Part shown: positions 10,918 to 21,874 of the stretch, in pieces
Numbering within the stretch: the first letter of the stretch is position 1
How the letters are laid out: every line of letters starts with the position of its first letter
Origin: an uncultured Planctomycetales bacterium
GTDB taxonomy: Bacteria > 4484-113
Assembly (NCBI GenBank): GCA_964554185.1
Contig: CAZKNJ010000004.1
Coordinates: 3,699-67,698, forward strand
Direction of reading: 5' to 3'
DNA: 64,000 nucleotides
Notes under the pieces: model-generated
Seen by the model: only the letters and a program-made list of their open reading frames with translations
The model's database searches: none
Told to the model about the DNA's origin: nothing
Translations under genes and position numbers: made by a program

Positions 10918-11631
10918 ATGAGAAAGTACTCTGGACTGCTGGCATTTGCGGCGCTGCTTCTTGCAGTGTTGCTACTTGCTAGCTGCCATGGCAGTGGCAG
11001 CCGTGCGCTTATCGGTATTGCTACGCCGGGCAACACCTACCTCCCGTTGATGGGCTCCGCTGACATCGGCCCCGTCTATCTGTCGTACAACGACGTGACC
11101 AAGCGCTGGGCGTGGTACAACTCCGTTGACGCCATTGGTTGCTGGGAAGAGATCGCCGGCGGCGGCATCGCCATTCCCGGGGGCGCCTATGTAACTAGCT
11201 GTCCCGCCTGGTTTGACGACAACGAGGACGGTTGGGCGGATTTCTTCAATGTCGGCGTACGCCCGCTGAGCCAGCTTGCTGCCGGCAGCGACGTGTACCA
11301 GGGCGGCTTTATGGCCAACCCGACCAAGATCGGTGGCGCATTGTTCCTCTACGATGCGTTCGTATTTGAGCCCTATGCCGTGCTGTACATCCCGATCTCG
11401 GCCAACCTGGCGAACGGCACCAGTGTGGCGGTTTACCGCTGGGTCACTTCGGGCGCGTTTGCTGCTGACCAGAGCGCGGGCTACTGGTCGTTATGCCCCG
11501 GCTACGGCCAGGTGGATGACGACGTTCTCGGGCTCGGCCGGAAGGTTGTTGTGTTCAACTGGAACGGCAATCTCGGCGAGTTCGCCGCGGTGATTTCTCA
11601 GCACTACAGCGGCGGCGGCAGCGGCGGGTAG
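10918..11631 (+). CDS. putative lipoprotein, function unknown
   Basis: Start at ATG 10918 (MRKYSGLLAFAALLLAVLLLASC) gives a lipoprotein signal with lipobox L-A-S-C; C-terminal GGGSGG tail; no recognisable family. Confidence 0.6.
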   Translation: MRKYSGLLAFAALLLAVLLLASCHGSGSRALIGIATPGNTYLPLMGSADIGPVYLSYNDVTKRWAWYNSVDAIGCWEEIAGGGIAIPGGAYVTSCPAWFDDNEDGWADFFNVGVRPLSQLAAGSDVYQGGFMANPTKIGGALFLYDAFVFEPYAVLYIPISANLANGTSVAVYRWVTSGAFAADQSAGYWSLCPGYGQVDDDVLGLGRKVVVFNWNGNLGEFAAVISQHYSGGGSGG

Positions 11632-11670
11632 GTAGTACCACCCGGTACAACTGTATATCGATAGCCTATG

Positions 11671-11711
11671 CAAATGGGCGGGGCTAGCCCCGCCCATTTG
11701 CCGTTTGATTG
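11671..11711 (+). terminator. rho-independent terminator-like hairpin (13-bp perfect stem)
   Basis: caaatgggcgggg-cta-gccccgcccatttg followed by ccgTTTgaTTg; sits 40 nt after the lipoprotein stop. Confidence 0.5.
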
Positions 11712-11729
11712 CTGCCAGATACGGGCCCC

Positions 11730-11742
11730 GGCATGTGTTATA
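11730..11742 (+). promoter_or_regulatory. extended -10 promoter element (TGTGtTATAAT) upstream of the NIL-ferredoxin gene
   Basis: catgtgTTATAATcac; ~120-nt structured leader follows before RBS AGGAGG/GTG 11868. Confidence 0.4.
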
Positions 11743-11867
11743 ATCACGCTGGTGGCACCGGTAATCCGCTATATGCTTTCCGTTTTGCTTGGCGCAGTTG
11801 TGGGGCTTGGCTTCGCGGGTGCCGCTTTTCTCTACCTGAGATTACTTCCCAAGTAGGAGGCTCCATC

Positions 11868-12278
11868 GTGAACACCTCGCGTGTTGTTCTGTCATTCAGC
11901 CCGGACGCGATCCGCAAGCCGGTGACCTACTTGCTTGTCAGCAACTACAAGCTGCGCCTCAACATCCTGCGCGCCAAGGTGATGCCTGGCGAGGAAGGCA
12001 GGCTGCTGCTGGAGCTTTCAGGGGATGGGGACCGCATAGTTGAGGGCCTTGACTACCTGAAGTCGCTTAACGTGAAGGTTGACCCCGTAGAGGCCTTCTA
12101 CAGGCTCGATTACGACAAGTGCCAGCAGTCCAAGAAGTGCTTCCATGTATGCCCCGCGGAGGCGATAGTGCTCTTGCCCGAGGACGGGAAACTGGTGGAC
12201 ATCATTCCAGAGAACTGCATTCTCTGTGAGAAGTGCGCCCACATCTGCCCCAACGGCGTGTTTGCCTTCACCTTTTAG
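11868..12278 (+). CDS. NIL-domain / 4Fe-4S ferredoxin fusion protein (MA1822-like)
   Basis: GTG start 7 nt after AGGAGG; N-terminal NIL domain (VLSFSPDAIRKPVTYLLVSNYKLRLNILRA..GRLLLEL) and C-terminal 2x Cys clusters (CQQSKKCFHVCP, CILCEKCAHICP). Confidence 0.7.
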   Translation: MNTSRVVLSFSPDAIRKPVTYLLVSNYKLRLNILRAKVMPGEEGRLLLELSGDGDRIVEGLDYLKSLNVKVDPVEAFYRLDYDKCQQSKKCFHVCPAEAIVLLPEDGKLVDIIPENCILCEKCAHICPNGVFAFTF

Positions 12279-12323
12279 CCGCCGGCACTGGAAACGCTAT
12301 TCAGGACCCGGTGGCTTGCGTGC

Positions 12324-14015
<1,692 letters not shown>

Positions 14016-14098
14016 TTTCAGACTCCTGGAACAAAGCAGTGCGCGGGAAGTCTAACATAACGGACACTGTTTAATGGTAGAATCCAAGGCGAAACCAC

Positions 14099-14434
14099 TT
14101 GGAACACAAACGTAAAAACGACCGCAATGTGAGCTTCAGGCTTGACGTCACCGAGGACTATGAGTTCCTGCCGCAAGTGCCTGAGCAGTTTTTCGTGCGC
14201 GCGATGAACTCCGGCGTGCCCGTTTACCTCACCGAGGACTTGCTGGCGCGGGTAGGCCGGGTGAATCCCGACGAGCTGGTGGACCGCATTATTGACGACC
14301 TGCACAAGAGCAATGAAGAGACTGACCCGCTGCTGCGCTGGTTCTACCTGATGATGGACTTCCAGGACGATTTTCCGCGCCTGATGCAGATGCTGGCGCA
14401 GCGCGACGACAAGAAGCCCTACAGCGAGTCCTAG
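14099..14434 (+). CDS. small acidic hypothetical protein
   Basis: 111-aa ORF (TTG start) with preceding extended -10 TGgTAGAAT at 14074-14082; no family recognised. Confidence 0.35.
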   Translation: MEHKRKNDRNVSFRLDVTEDYEFLPQVPEQFFVRAMNSGVPVYLTEDLLARVGRVNPDELVDRIIDDLHKSNEETDPLLRWFYLMMDFQDDFPRLMQMLAQRDDKKPYSES

Positions 14435-14455
14435 CCTGGACTCGGCTTTCTATTT

Positions 14456-15115
14456 CTACCCTTCTTTCAGCCCGTAGCTGTCCATGAACTGCGTGAGCAG
14501 GCGGCGCGCCTCCGGCTCGCACTGGCCGCAGCCGGTGGATATCTTCGTGCGGTGCTGAAGCTGCTCGAAGTTGCGCGCGCCGTGCAGCACCGCTTCCTCA
14601 ATATCGGCCTCGGTGACCTGCAGGCAGTGGCACACCGTGCGCTCCGGCTCTGCGGGAATGCGTTCCTCCTGGCCGGTCTTCACCAGGTAGTCGCGTAGCG
14701 CCTCCCGCAGCGCCTTGTCGCCCAGCACGGAGCAGTGGATCTTGCGCTCCGGCAGCCCCCCCAGCTTCGCCAGAATGTCCTGGGGACGTAACTTGAACGC
14801 TTCTTCTACGGTGATGCCGCCGTCCGTGAGCACCATTTCCGACAGCATTGAGGTGGAGGCGATGGCGCTGGCGCAGCCGAAGGTCTTCCACTTGAAACCC
14901 ACTATCCGGTCGGCTTTGGCGTCAACCACGATGTATACCTTCATCATATCGCCGCAAACCGGGCTGCCCACCACCCCGACGCCGTTCGCCTCCTTCAGCA
15001 CCTCGGCGTCGTCACCGAAAACAACATTGCGGGGGTTGGTGAAGTGGTCCTTCACTATGTCCGAGTAGAGCCACTCGGTAAAGGCGTCAGTTTCGCTTTT
15101 CTGCTGGTTGTCCAT
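14456..15115 (-). CDS. nifU: NifU/IscU-like Fe-S cluster scaffold with BFD-like [2Fe-2S] domain
   Basis: Start at ATG 15115 (MDNQQKSETD..); IscU-like motifs GSPVCGDMMKVYI..FKTFGCASAIASTS..; BFD-like CHCLQVTEADIEEAV...GCGQC; the 56-codon upstream extension is rejected. Confidence 0.75.
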   Translation of the reverse strand: MDNQQKSETDAFTEWLYSDIVKDHFTNPRNVVFGDDAEVLKEANGVGVVGSPVCGDMMKVYIVVDAKADRIVGFKWKTFGCASAIASTSMLSEMVLTDGGITVEEAFKLRPQDILAKLGGLPERKIHCSVLGDKALREALRDYLVKTGQEERIPAEPERTVCHCLQVTEADIEEAVLHGARNFEQLQHRTKISTGCGQCEPEARRLLTQFMDSYGLKEG

Positions 15116-15218
15116 AGTCGGGTTCCTCGCACGCAGCGCAAGGGCGCGATGCTCCGCGCCCAACAGATTATACACGAGCAAGGCGCGGATTATCGTCTGC
15201 GCGCGCCTGCAACGCCTC

Positions 15219-15247
15219 CTTGACTTAGCCCAACGCACAGTGTAATG
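15219..15247 (+). promoter_or_regulatory. sigma-70-like promoter (TTGACT-17-TAATGT) for the polysaccharide export genes
   Basis: cTTGACTtagcccaacgcacagtgTAATGTatc, then RBS GAGGGAGG and ATG 15269. Confidence 0.45.
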
Positions 15248-15268
15248 TATCCGAACCTCGAGGGAGGT

Positions 15269-17326
15269 ATGGGTAGAAACCACTTTTCCCTTCTTGACGA
15301 TAACTTGCGCGAATTCGCCCTGCTGCTGAGGCGGAATCTGCGCTTTCTTCTGCTATACGCGCTGGTGGTGGGCGTCCTTGCAGGCGTCATTACCGTCTGC
15401 CTGCCCCGGGAGTGGCGGATGATCGCCACGGTGCAGGTGAAGGGCGGCTACGACTCCTCGCTGGGCGCCATGCTGAGCACGATGAGCAACTTCCAGATGA
15501 CCTCGCCCGCGACCAACACCGAGATGCAGATTTTGCGGGCACGGTTTCTGCGCGAGCAGGCCATCGCCACCACGGCGATGCAGCTGCAGGACTCCAACCT
15601 GGCGTGGGACACCGTTTGGGGAAGAATCCTCTACTTCGTCCGCGACAAGCTGCCGCTGGTGCGCGATGTACCGACGGAGTACCTGCTACTCTCCGATGCG
15701 TCCATCGATTCGTCGTGGAACGGCAAGGTGCTGCAAGCGCAGGTTCGGGACGGCGGCAAGCTGTCCGTGCGGCTGCCCGACGGGAATGAGATGGTGGCGG
15801 GCCCGGGAGAGTACGTGCGGGCGGATGGCCTGTCCTTCCGCGTTGACGAAGTGCACGCCCCGGCAGGCAGGAAGTTCAAGCTGACGGTGTACCCCCTGCG
15901 GGAAACGCTACGCCTAGTGGCGGAGCACTCCGGCGTGTTTGAGGCCGGCGTCAATTCCGGTGTGGTGGCAGCGGCATTCATCTGGCACGACCCGCACCGG
16001 GGCGCGGAATACCTGAATGCGCTCATCACCGCCTATCTGGAGGATAACGAGAACTACGCCCGTACTGTCGGTGGTAGCCGCCTGGATTATCTGAAGGAGC
16101 AGATTTCCCGCGTGGAGAAGGCGCTGCGCGCGTCGGAAGTATCGCTGGCGGAGTTCAAGAAGGCTGAATCCACCATCGCGCTTTCGGAGGAGAGCAAGGC
16201 GCTGATTCAGAACTACTCCACGCGCAAGCTGGACCTGGAAAAGGCCAGGATGGACCTCGGCGAAGCGAAATCGCTGTTAGCGGTACTGCGTAAGGGCAAG
16301 ACCGATGATTTCCTGCTGCACAGCACCGCGCTCACACAAGATCCGGTGCAGGTGTCGCTGGTGCAGCAGTTGGCCGACCGGGAGTACCGCCGCTCGGTGA
16401 TGCTGGAGGAGATGACGGAGCAGCATCCGGACGTTCAGAAGGTGAATGCGTCGATTGCGGAGCTGAAAGGCTCCATAATAGCCAACCTGGAAAGCAAGGT
16501 GCATACGCTAGAGCAACGCGATTCGTCGTTGAGCCAGTCGCTTGTTGAGTATGAGGGGGAGATTCTTGCCGTGCCCGGCAAGGAGCGTGACCTGGCCGTT
16601 CTCATGCGGGACAACAAGGTGAACGAGAACCTGTACTACTTCCTGGTGAGCAAGCTCCAGGAAACGCAGGTGTTCGTGGAGGCCCAGGGGACGACCATCC
16701 GCAAGCTTGATGCTGCGGTAGTCCCCGACTTCCCGCAACGGCCATCGGTGAAGGTGAACGGCGTGCTGGGGCTCATTATGGGCTTCATCGCCGCGCTTCT
16801 GCTCGTCACCTGGCGCGCATACGGCTCCGGGAGTGTGCGGAATCTGCGCCATGCGCGGATGCTGGTGGCAGGCCGGTGCATCGCCTTGGCGACGACACGG
16901 GCAGGCGAGGCGGATAGAGCCTGCGGGTTGATTGCTGCGGAACTGCCAGTGTTGGCACCGGACGGCGGGACGGTGGCGTTCGTCGACCTTACCGCGGGAC
17001 GCGGCGCCGAGCTGGTTGAGAAAGTGGCTGCGCGGGCATCGGCGCAGGGCAAGCCGGTGCGCACCGGCCAGCCCGGAGCGTCGGCGCAAAGCGGATGGAC
17101 GCTCGTGCGGACGCCCGATCTGGTTGCCGCGCCGGAAATGCGCGAGCATGCAGCGGCCGCCGCCGCCCGCATTCTGCTCGTGGAAGGTGGAATGACTTCG
17201 ATAGAAGCCTTGCAGGCAAATGCGGCGCTGGTGGGGACGGAAGGACTGCTCTACGCGTTTGTCGCGGGCGAGCTGGAAACCGAGAGCCTTTACAGCGCGC
17301 TGGCGCTTGAGGGGGTGAGGCAGTGA
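15269..17326 (+). CDS. polysaccharide co-polymerase (Wzz/GumC-like, PCP family) with C-terminal kinase-like domain lacking Walker A
   Basis: N-terminal TM, ~450-aa periplasmic region with coiled-coil segments, second TM (GVLGLIMGFIAALLLVTW), ~175-aa cytoplasmic tail without GxxxxGK[ST]. Confidence 0.6.
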   Translation: MGRNHFSLLDDNLREFALLLRRNLRFLLLYALVVGVLAGVITVCLPREWRMIATVQVKGGYDSSLGAMLSTMSNFQMTSPATNTEMQILRARFLREQAIATTAMQLQDSNLAWDTVWGRILYFVRDKLPLVRDVPTEYLLLSDASIDSSWNGKVLQAQVRDGGKLSVRLPDGNEMVAGPGEYVRADGLSFRVDEVHAPAGRKFKLTVYPLRETLRLVAEHSGVFEAGVNSGVVAAAFIWHDPHRGAEYLNALITAYLEDNENYARTVGGSRLDYLKEQISRVEKALRASEVSLAEFKKAESTIALSEESKALIQNYSTRKLDLEKARMDLGEAKSLLAVLRKGKTDDFLLHSTALTQDPVQVSLVQQLADREYRRSVMLEEMTEQHPDVQKVNASIAELKGSIIANLESKVHTLEQRDSSLSQSLVEYEGEILAVPGKERDLAVLMRDNKVNENLYYFLVSKLQETQVFVEAQGTTIRKLDAAVVPDFPQRPSVKVNGVLGLIMGFIAALLLVTWRAYGSGSVRNLRHARMLVAGRCIALATTRAGEADRACGLIAAELPVLAPDGGTVAFVDLTAGRGAELVEKVAARASAQGKPVRTGQPGASAQSGWTLVRTPDLVAAPEMREHAAAAAARILLVEGGMTSIEALQANAALVGTEGLLYAFVAGELETESLYSALALEGVRQ

Positions 17327-18708
17327 GAGTGAGCTTGCTCAACTTGCGGCTGGCGGTTTTGCTGCTGGTACTGCTGATGTCTGGCTTCGGCGCTGCTGCG
17401 CAGACTACGGGCGGCGGTGCGGAAACGGGCGCTGATGGCGCGGGACTGGCGGCGGGGCTGGAGGACTTTCTCCCAGCGTACCCTCTGTCTGTCGGCGATG
17501 TTGTTTTTGTGAAGGAGTACACGCCCACCTACCAGGGCATCCGCGCGACCATAGACGGGAACGGCGACATTGTGGTGCCTCCCCTGGGGCGGGTGCAGGT
17601 GCTGGGCCTGACGCTGGAGGAGGCCGCGGAGCGAATAGAACGCGAGCTTGCTCCCTACTACAAGAGCATCACGGTTACGCTGGAGCTGGTCAGGCTGTCG
17701 GCGGTGAGGGTGTTTGTTTTCGGCACGACGGACAAAGCCGGCGTGTTCACGTTGAAGGGCGGCACAACTGCGCTGGAGTTTCTCCAGCAACTCAAGCTGC
17801 CGAGCTGGGGGCAGAACCGGCGCATCCACCACTTCCGCTTCACCTCGTTCTTCCTCGGGCGCGAGGGTGAACTCGGCGGGAAGAACAGCGGTTTCCGGCT
17901 CAACTCGCAGCCGGAGGCCGAGGAGGAAATCTCCCACGAGATCGCATCGTCGCTGGGCAGCAGCGTCAAGCTGCTGAAGCTGGTGGAACAGACCGGGGCG
18001 GAGACAACCGTGATTGACCCCACGGATTTCGTCGCGGAGGGAGAGCTCAAGAGCAAGAATTTCCTGCTGCGCGACGGCGACGTTATCTACTTCCCGCCGC
18101 CCGGCAAGTCGGTGGAAGTGTTCGGGACGATGCGCCCGGGAGTCTACGAAGTCCTGCCCGACGAAGGATTGCTGGAAGTGATGCACCGGGCGGGTGACGT
18201 GGCGCCGGAAAAGAACCTCGCGCGCACGGTGATTGAGCGCCTGGGAGAAGAAGGCGGCCTGGCCTTCGTCATCGTGGACCTGGACAAGTACTACTTCTCC
18301 ACCGAGGAGGGGAAAAAGATACCGCTGGAAAACGGCGACCGCATCAAGCTCTTCCCGCGCGAGCAGTTCGTCACGATTATCGGCGCGGTTAACGCCGCAG
18401 GCCGCTATCCGTTTGAGCCGGACCTCTCAGTCTCTGAATATCTGGCGCTCGCGGGAGGCATCCAGCCAGAAGCGCACACGGGCAAGGTGTTCCTCGCCCG
18501 CGGGCGGTGGAACGCCGCCGGGTCCTTTGAGACTACGGCGACCTTCGAGATTAACCTGGACGATTTCATCGCCGGGCGCGGCGGCACCATTCCGCCCATC
18601 ATGCCGGGGGACGTGCTGTTTGTACCGCAGCGCGACCAGCTGAGGAAGCGCGATATCGTTGGCGCGATTACCAGCCTCACCATCAGCGCGCTGGCGCTGT
18701 TCAAGTAG
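17323..18708 (+). CDS. polysaccharide export protein (Wza/GumB-like, Poly_export + SLBB domains)
   Basis: GTG start overlapping upstream stop; signal peptide; YPLSVGDVVFVKEY...DGNGDIVVPPLGRVQVLGLTLEEAAERIE typical of the Poly_export domain. Confidence 0.7.
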   Translation: MRVSLLNLRLAVLLLVLLMSGFGAAAQTTGGGAETGADGAGLAAGLEDFLPAYPLSVGDVVFVKEYTPTYQGIRATIDGNGDIVVPPLGRVQVLGLTLEEAAERIERELAPYYKSITVTLELVRLSAVRVFVFGTTDKAGVFTLKGGTTALEFLQQLKLPSWGQNRRIHHFRFTSFFLGREGELGGKNSGFRLNSQPEAEEEISHEIASSLGSSVKLLKLVEQTGAETTVIDPTDFVAEGELKSKNFLLRDGDVIYFPPPGKSVEVFGTMRPGVYEVLPDEGLLEVMHRAGDVAPEKNLARTVIERLGEEGGLAFVIVDLDKYYFSTEEGKKIPLENGDRIKLFPREQFVTIIGAVNAAGRYPFEPDLSVSEYLALAGGIQPEAHTGKVFLARGRWNAAGSFETTATFEINLDDFIAGRGGTIPPIMPGDVLFVPQRDQLRKRDIVGAITSLTISALALFK

Positions 18709-18776
18709 GCTTGCGCCCGGTCATTTCGCCCGCAGCCGCAGATGCGGTAGAATATGCGCCGTCAGGAGGTGTACTG

Positions 18777-19397
18777 ATGAAACTGCGAATACTCGTATCC
18801 GCCGGGATACTTGCGCTGATATTGCTGGGCGTGTGTGTGCTGTCGGTGGCCGGGCGCGCCGCAGACGATGAGAAAGAAAGCAAAGCGCCCAACACCTACT
18901 TCAAGACCGTGGGCGTCTACGTCTTTGACAACGCCACCCGGCGCCGGAACGCCGGCGAGGAGTTCTCCAAGGTTTTGTTTGAGCGCTTCGAGCGCAAGTT
19001 CCCCGACGTGAAGTTCGTCTACATCACGCCGGAGGATTCGGGCTTTCCCGAAGGGCCGGTGTTACTGAAGCACGCCATCCGCCTGGGCGAGAAGTACGAA
19101 GTGGAAGCTATCATCGACGGCACCTTCCTGGGTTACGTGATTACCGGCGGAACCTGGCCCAACCGCGCCACCCCCAGCCCCGAGGCCAACACCCACGCCA
19201 AGCTGCGGGTGGTGGAAACCGAGACGGGCACCATAGTCAAGGCTTACGTGGAAACGCCCAAGCGGCCCAAGGTGTACCCGTCGCGCATCCGCACCGAGCG
19301 GGAGCTGTGGAATCAGGCCATCCGCGATGTAATCGACAAGTGGGCGGACGAGATGCGCGACGACGGCATCTTCTACGAGGAAAAGAAAGAGGGCTAG
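18777..19397 (+). CDS. secreted hypothetical protein
   Basis: ATG 18777 preceded by AGGAGG; signal peptide MKLRILVSAGILALILLGVCVLSVAG; ends 2 nt before tmk. Confidence 0.5.
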   Translation: MKLRILVSAGILALILLGVCVLSVAGRAADDEKESKAPNTYFKTVGVYVFDNATRRRNAGEEFSKVLFERFERKFPDVKFVYITPEDSGFPEGPVLLKHAIRLGEKYEVEAIIDGTFLGYVITGGTWPNRATPSPEANTHAKLRVVETETGTIVKAYVETPKRPKVYPSRIRTERELWNQAIRDVIDKWADEMRDDGIFYEEKKEG

Positions 19398-19399
19398 AA

Positions 19400-20053
19400 C
19401 CGCAGATGCCCCCACGCGGCGCCTTCATCTGCTTTGAAGGGGGCGAAGGCTCCGGCAAATCCACCCATGCGCGCAAGCTGGCCTCCGAGCTTGAAAGGAG
19501 AGGGCTGCCAATCGTGCGCTCGCGTGAGCCCGGCGGCACGCCGCTGGGCGAGGAACTGCGCGAGCTTCTGCTGCATCACCAGCACGAATTGCTGCCGCTG
19601 GAAGAATTTCTCCTGTTCTCCACCGCGCGGGCCGAGTTGGCGAACTCCATTGTCCGTCCCGCGCTGGACGCAGGCAGAACCGTCATCCTGGACCGCTACT
19701 ACTACTCCAGCCTGGCGTACCAGGGCGCGGGCGGCCTGTCGCTGGAGCTGATGCGCCAGGTCACCACCACGGTGGTGAAGGACTGCGTGCCCGACCTGGT
19801 CCTGCTGCTGGAGGTGCCACCGGAGGTGGGAATGGAGCGTTCCGCCCGCATCAAGGGCGGAGGCAGCGACCGGTTTGAGCGCCGGGAGGCGGCGTTCCAC
19901 CAGGAGGTGCGCCGGTTGTACCTTCAGTTTGCGCAAGAAGAGCCGGAGCGCTTCCGCGTGATTGAGACTACGCCGCCCCACGAGGAAGTCTTCGCGCGCA
20001 TCCTGGAAGCAGTGCTGGACCTGCTCATGCGCCGAGGGCTCCTCACCGTCTGA
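19400..20053 (+). CDS. tmk: thymidylate kinase
   Basis: P-loop FICFEGGEGSGKST, LID and DRY motifs of dTMP kinase; 217 aa. Confidence 0.85.
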   Translation, partial: PQMPPRGAFICFEGGEGSGKSTHARKLASELERRGLPIVRSREPGGTPLGEELRELLLHHQHELLPLEEFLLFSTARAELANSIVRPALDAGRTVILDRYYYSSLAYQGAGGLSLELMRQVTTTVVKDCVPDLVLLLEVPPEVGMERSARIKGGGSDRFERREAAFHQEVRRLYLQFAQEEPERFRVIETTPPHEEVFARILEAVLDLLMRRGLLTV

Positions 20054-20104
20054 CCGGCCGCCCGCGCAGCCGTCGGCAAATCCTCAGGTATAATAACCAC
20101 CCGC

Positions 20105-20192
20105 GGAGAGGTGGCCGAGTGGTTGAAGGCGGCAGTCTCGAAAACTGTTATGCAGTTTCCCTGCATCGGGGGTTCGAATCCCCCCCTCTCCG
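20105..20192 (+). tRNA. tRNA-Ser (anticodon CGA), long variable arm
   Basis: Cloverleaf read by hand: acceptor GGAGAGG/CCTCTCC, D-arm GCC-GAGTGGTTGAA-GGC, anticodon loop CTCGAAA, 17-nt variable arm, T-arm GGGGG-TTCGAAT-CCCCC; TATAAT at 20089-20094 upstream. Confidence 0.85.
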
Positions 20193-20219
20193 CACTGTGG
20201 ACGATTGGCCGGGCTGATT

Positions 20220-21122
20220 ATGAGTGCGAGAGGCCTGTGTTTGTGCGCGCTGTTTCTGCTGCTAGCGGCAGCCGTCTCGTGCGCGCGGCCGGAGCCTGCG
20301 GACAGAACTCTCGTCGCCACCATTCCGCCGCTGGGGGCCATCCTCCGGGAGCTGGCCCAAGGACGCGCGGAGGTCAAGACATTGCTGAAGCCCGGGGCCT
20401 CGCCTCACACCTACGAACCCAGCCCGTCGGACGCGAAAGCGGCGGAAACCGCGCTGGGGCTGTTCTTCGTTGATTCGTCGGTGGACGGTTGGGCAACGCG
20501 CCTGGCGCAAGATGAACGCATAGGCGTTTTCGTGCTGCTGCCCGAGGAGTTGAAGTTGCGTGTGGTTGCCGGACGCCATCCGGAGGGAATCCAGGAGCAC
20601 GACTTGAACCAAGCCGCCCAGGACGCGCATTTCTGGACTTCGCCGCGGGCGGTGAAAGCGCTGCTGCCGGCGCTGACGCAAGAACTCAGCCGGCTGGATC
20701 CCGGCGGCGCCAGCATTTACCGGGAGAATGCCGACAAGTTCGCCGCCAAGCTGGACGCGCTGGACGCGGAGGTTGGCGCGCTGCTGGCGCCGGTCAAGGG
20801 CGAGAGCGTGCTGCTGTTCCATCCGTCCTTTCAGTACTTGCTCATGGACTACGGGCTGAACGTCGCGGCGGTGGTAGAGCCTTCTCCCGGCAAGGAGCCG
20901 ACACCCCGGTTGATCGCCGACCTGGCGGAACTGGCGCGGGAGCAGCACTTGAAGGCGGTGTTCACCGAGCCGCAGCTGCCGGAAGCGCCGGTGCGGGTGA
21001 TCAGCGAGGAGGCACATCTACCGGTGTTCGCCCTGGATCCGCTGGGCGGCCAGCCCGGGCGCGACACCTACGAGGCGATGGTCAGATACAACGCGCAGAC
21101 GCTGGCGGAGGCGCTGCAATGA
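20220..21122 (+). CDS. znuA: metal (Zn/Mn) ABC transporter substrate-binding lipoprotein, TroA/ZnuA family
   Basis: Lipoprotein signal (..LAAAVSC), family gestalt of cluster-9 SBPs, followed by ABC ATPase and permease. Confidence 0.7.
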   Translation: MSARGLCLCALFLLLAAAVSCARPEPADRTLVATIPPLGAILRELAQGRAEVKTLLKPGASPHTYEPSPSDAKAAETALGLFFVDSSVDGWATRLAQDERIGVFVLLPEELKLRVVAGRHPEGIQEHDLNQAAQDAHFWTSPRAVKALLPALTQELSRLDPGGASIYRENADKFAAKLDALDAEVGALLAPVKGESVLLFHPSFQYLLMDYGLNVAAVVEPSPGKEPTPRLIADLAELAREQHLKAVFTEPQLPEAPVRVISEEAHLPVFALDPLGGQPGRDTYEAMVRYNAQTLAEALQ

Positions 21123-21874
21123 GCACGGCTGCCGTGATTGAGGTCTCCAACCTGACGGTGCGCCTGGGCGCGTTCACTGCGCTGGAGGGCGTGAGCTTCA
21201 GCGTGCAGCCGGGCGAGACCGTCGCGGTGCTGGGTCCCAACGGGGCGGGCAAGACCACGCTCATTCACGCGCTGCTGGGGCTGGTACAGCCAGCGGCAGG
21301 TAGCGTTGAAATACTGGGGCATCCGCCGTTGGAAGCTCCCGCGGAGCAGATAGGATACGTTCCCCAGCTCAAGACAGTTGACCGCGGCTTTCCGGCGCTA
21401 ACCTGCGAGCTGGTGGCGAGCGGCCACCGGCGCAGCTGGCCCGGCCGCCTGAGCCGGGCGGAGCACCGCGAAACCACCCACGCGCTGAGCCTGGTGGGCG
21501 CGGCGCACCTGTGCCATAAGCCGCTGCGCTGGCTTTCCGGCGGGGAATTGCAGCGGGTGTATCTGGCGCGCGCGCTGATACGCCAGCCCAAGCTACTGCT
21601 GCTGGACGAGCCCGCCACCGGCATTGACCTGGTGGGCGAAGACGATATGTATACGCACCTTGAGCAGTACCAGCGCGAGAGCGGCTGCGCGGTGCTGATG
21701 GTGACCCACGACTGGCTGGCGGCGCAACACCATGCCACCAAGGCGCTGCTGCTCAACCGCAAGCTCATGGGCTTCGGCCCGCCCGCGGAAGCGCTATCGG
21801 ACGAGAACATGCGCCAGGCCTTCGGCCACACCGGGCACGTCCATCCGCAGAACCGGGAGGGGCGCGATGACTGA
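21119..21874 (+). CDS. znuC: metal ABC transporter ATP-binding protein
   Basis: Walker A GPNGAGKTT, signature LSGGELQRV, Walker B LLLLDEP. Confidence 0.8.
   Translation: MSTAAVIEVSNLTVRLGAFTALEGVSFSVQPGETVAVLGPNGAGKTTLIHALLGLVQPAAGSVEILGHPPLEAPAEQIGYVPQLKTVDRGFPALTCELVASGHRRSWPGRLSRAEHRETTHALSLVGAAHLCHKPLRWLSGGELQRVYLARALIRQPKLLLLDEPATGIDLVGEDDMYTHLEQYQRESGCAVLMVTHDWLAAQHHATKALLLNRKLMGFGPPAEALSDENMRQAFGHTGHVHPQNREGRDD

Noticed and set aside
11743-11867. Possible SAM-I riboswitch in the NIL-ferredoxin leader
   Set aside because: Could not find the SAM-I core features (kink-turn, GAGGGA/GGCCC junction) by eye; kept only as an unclassified structured leader in findings
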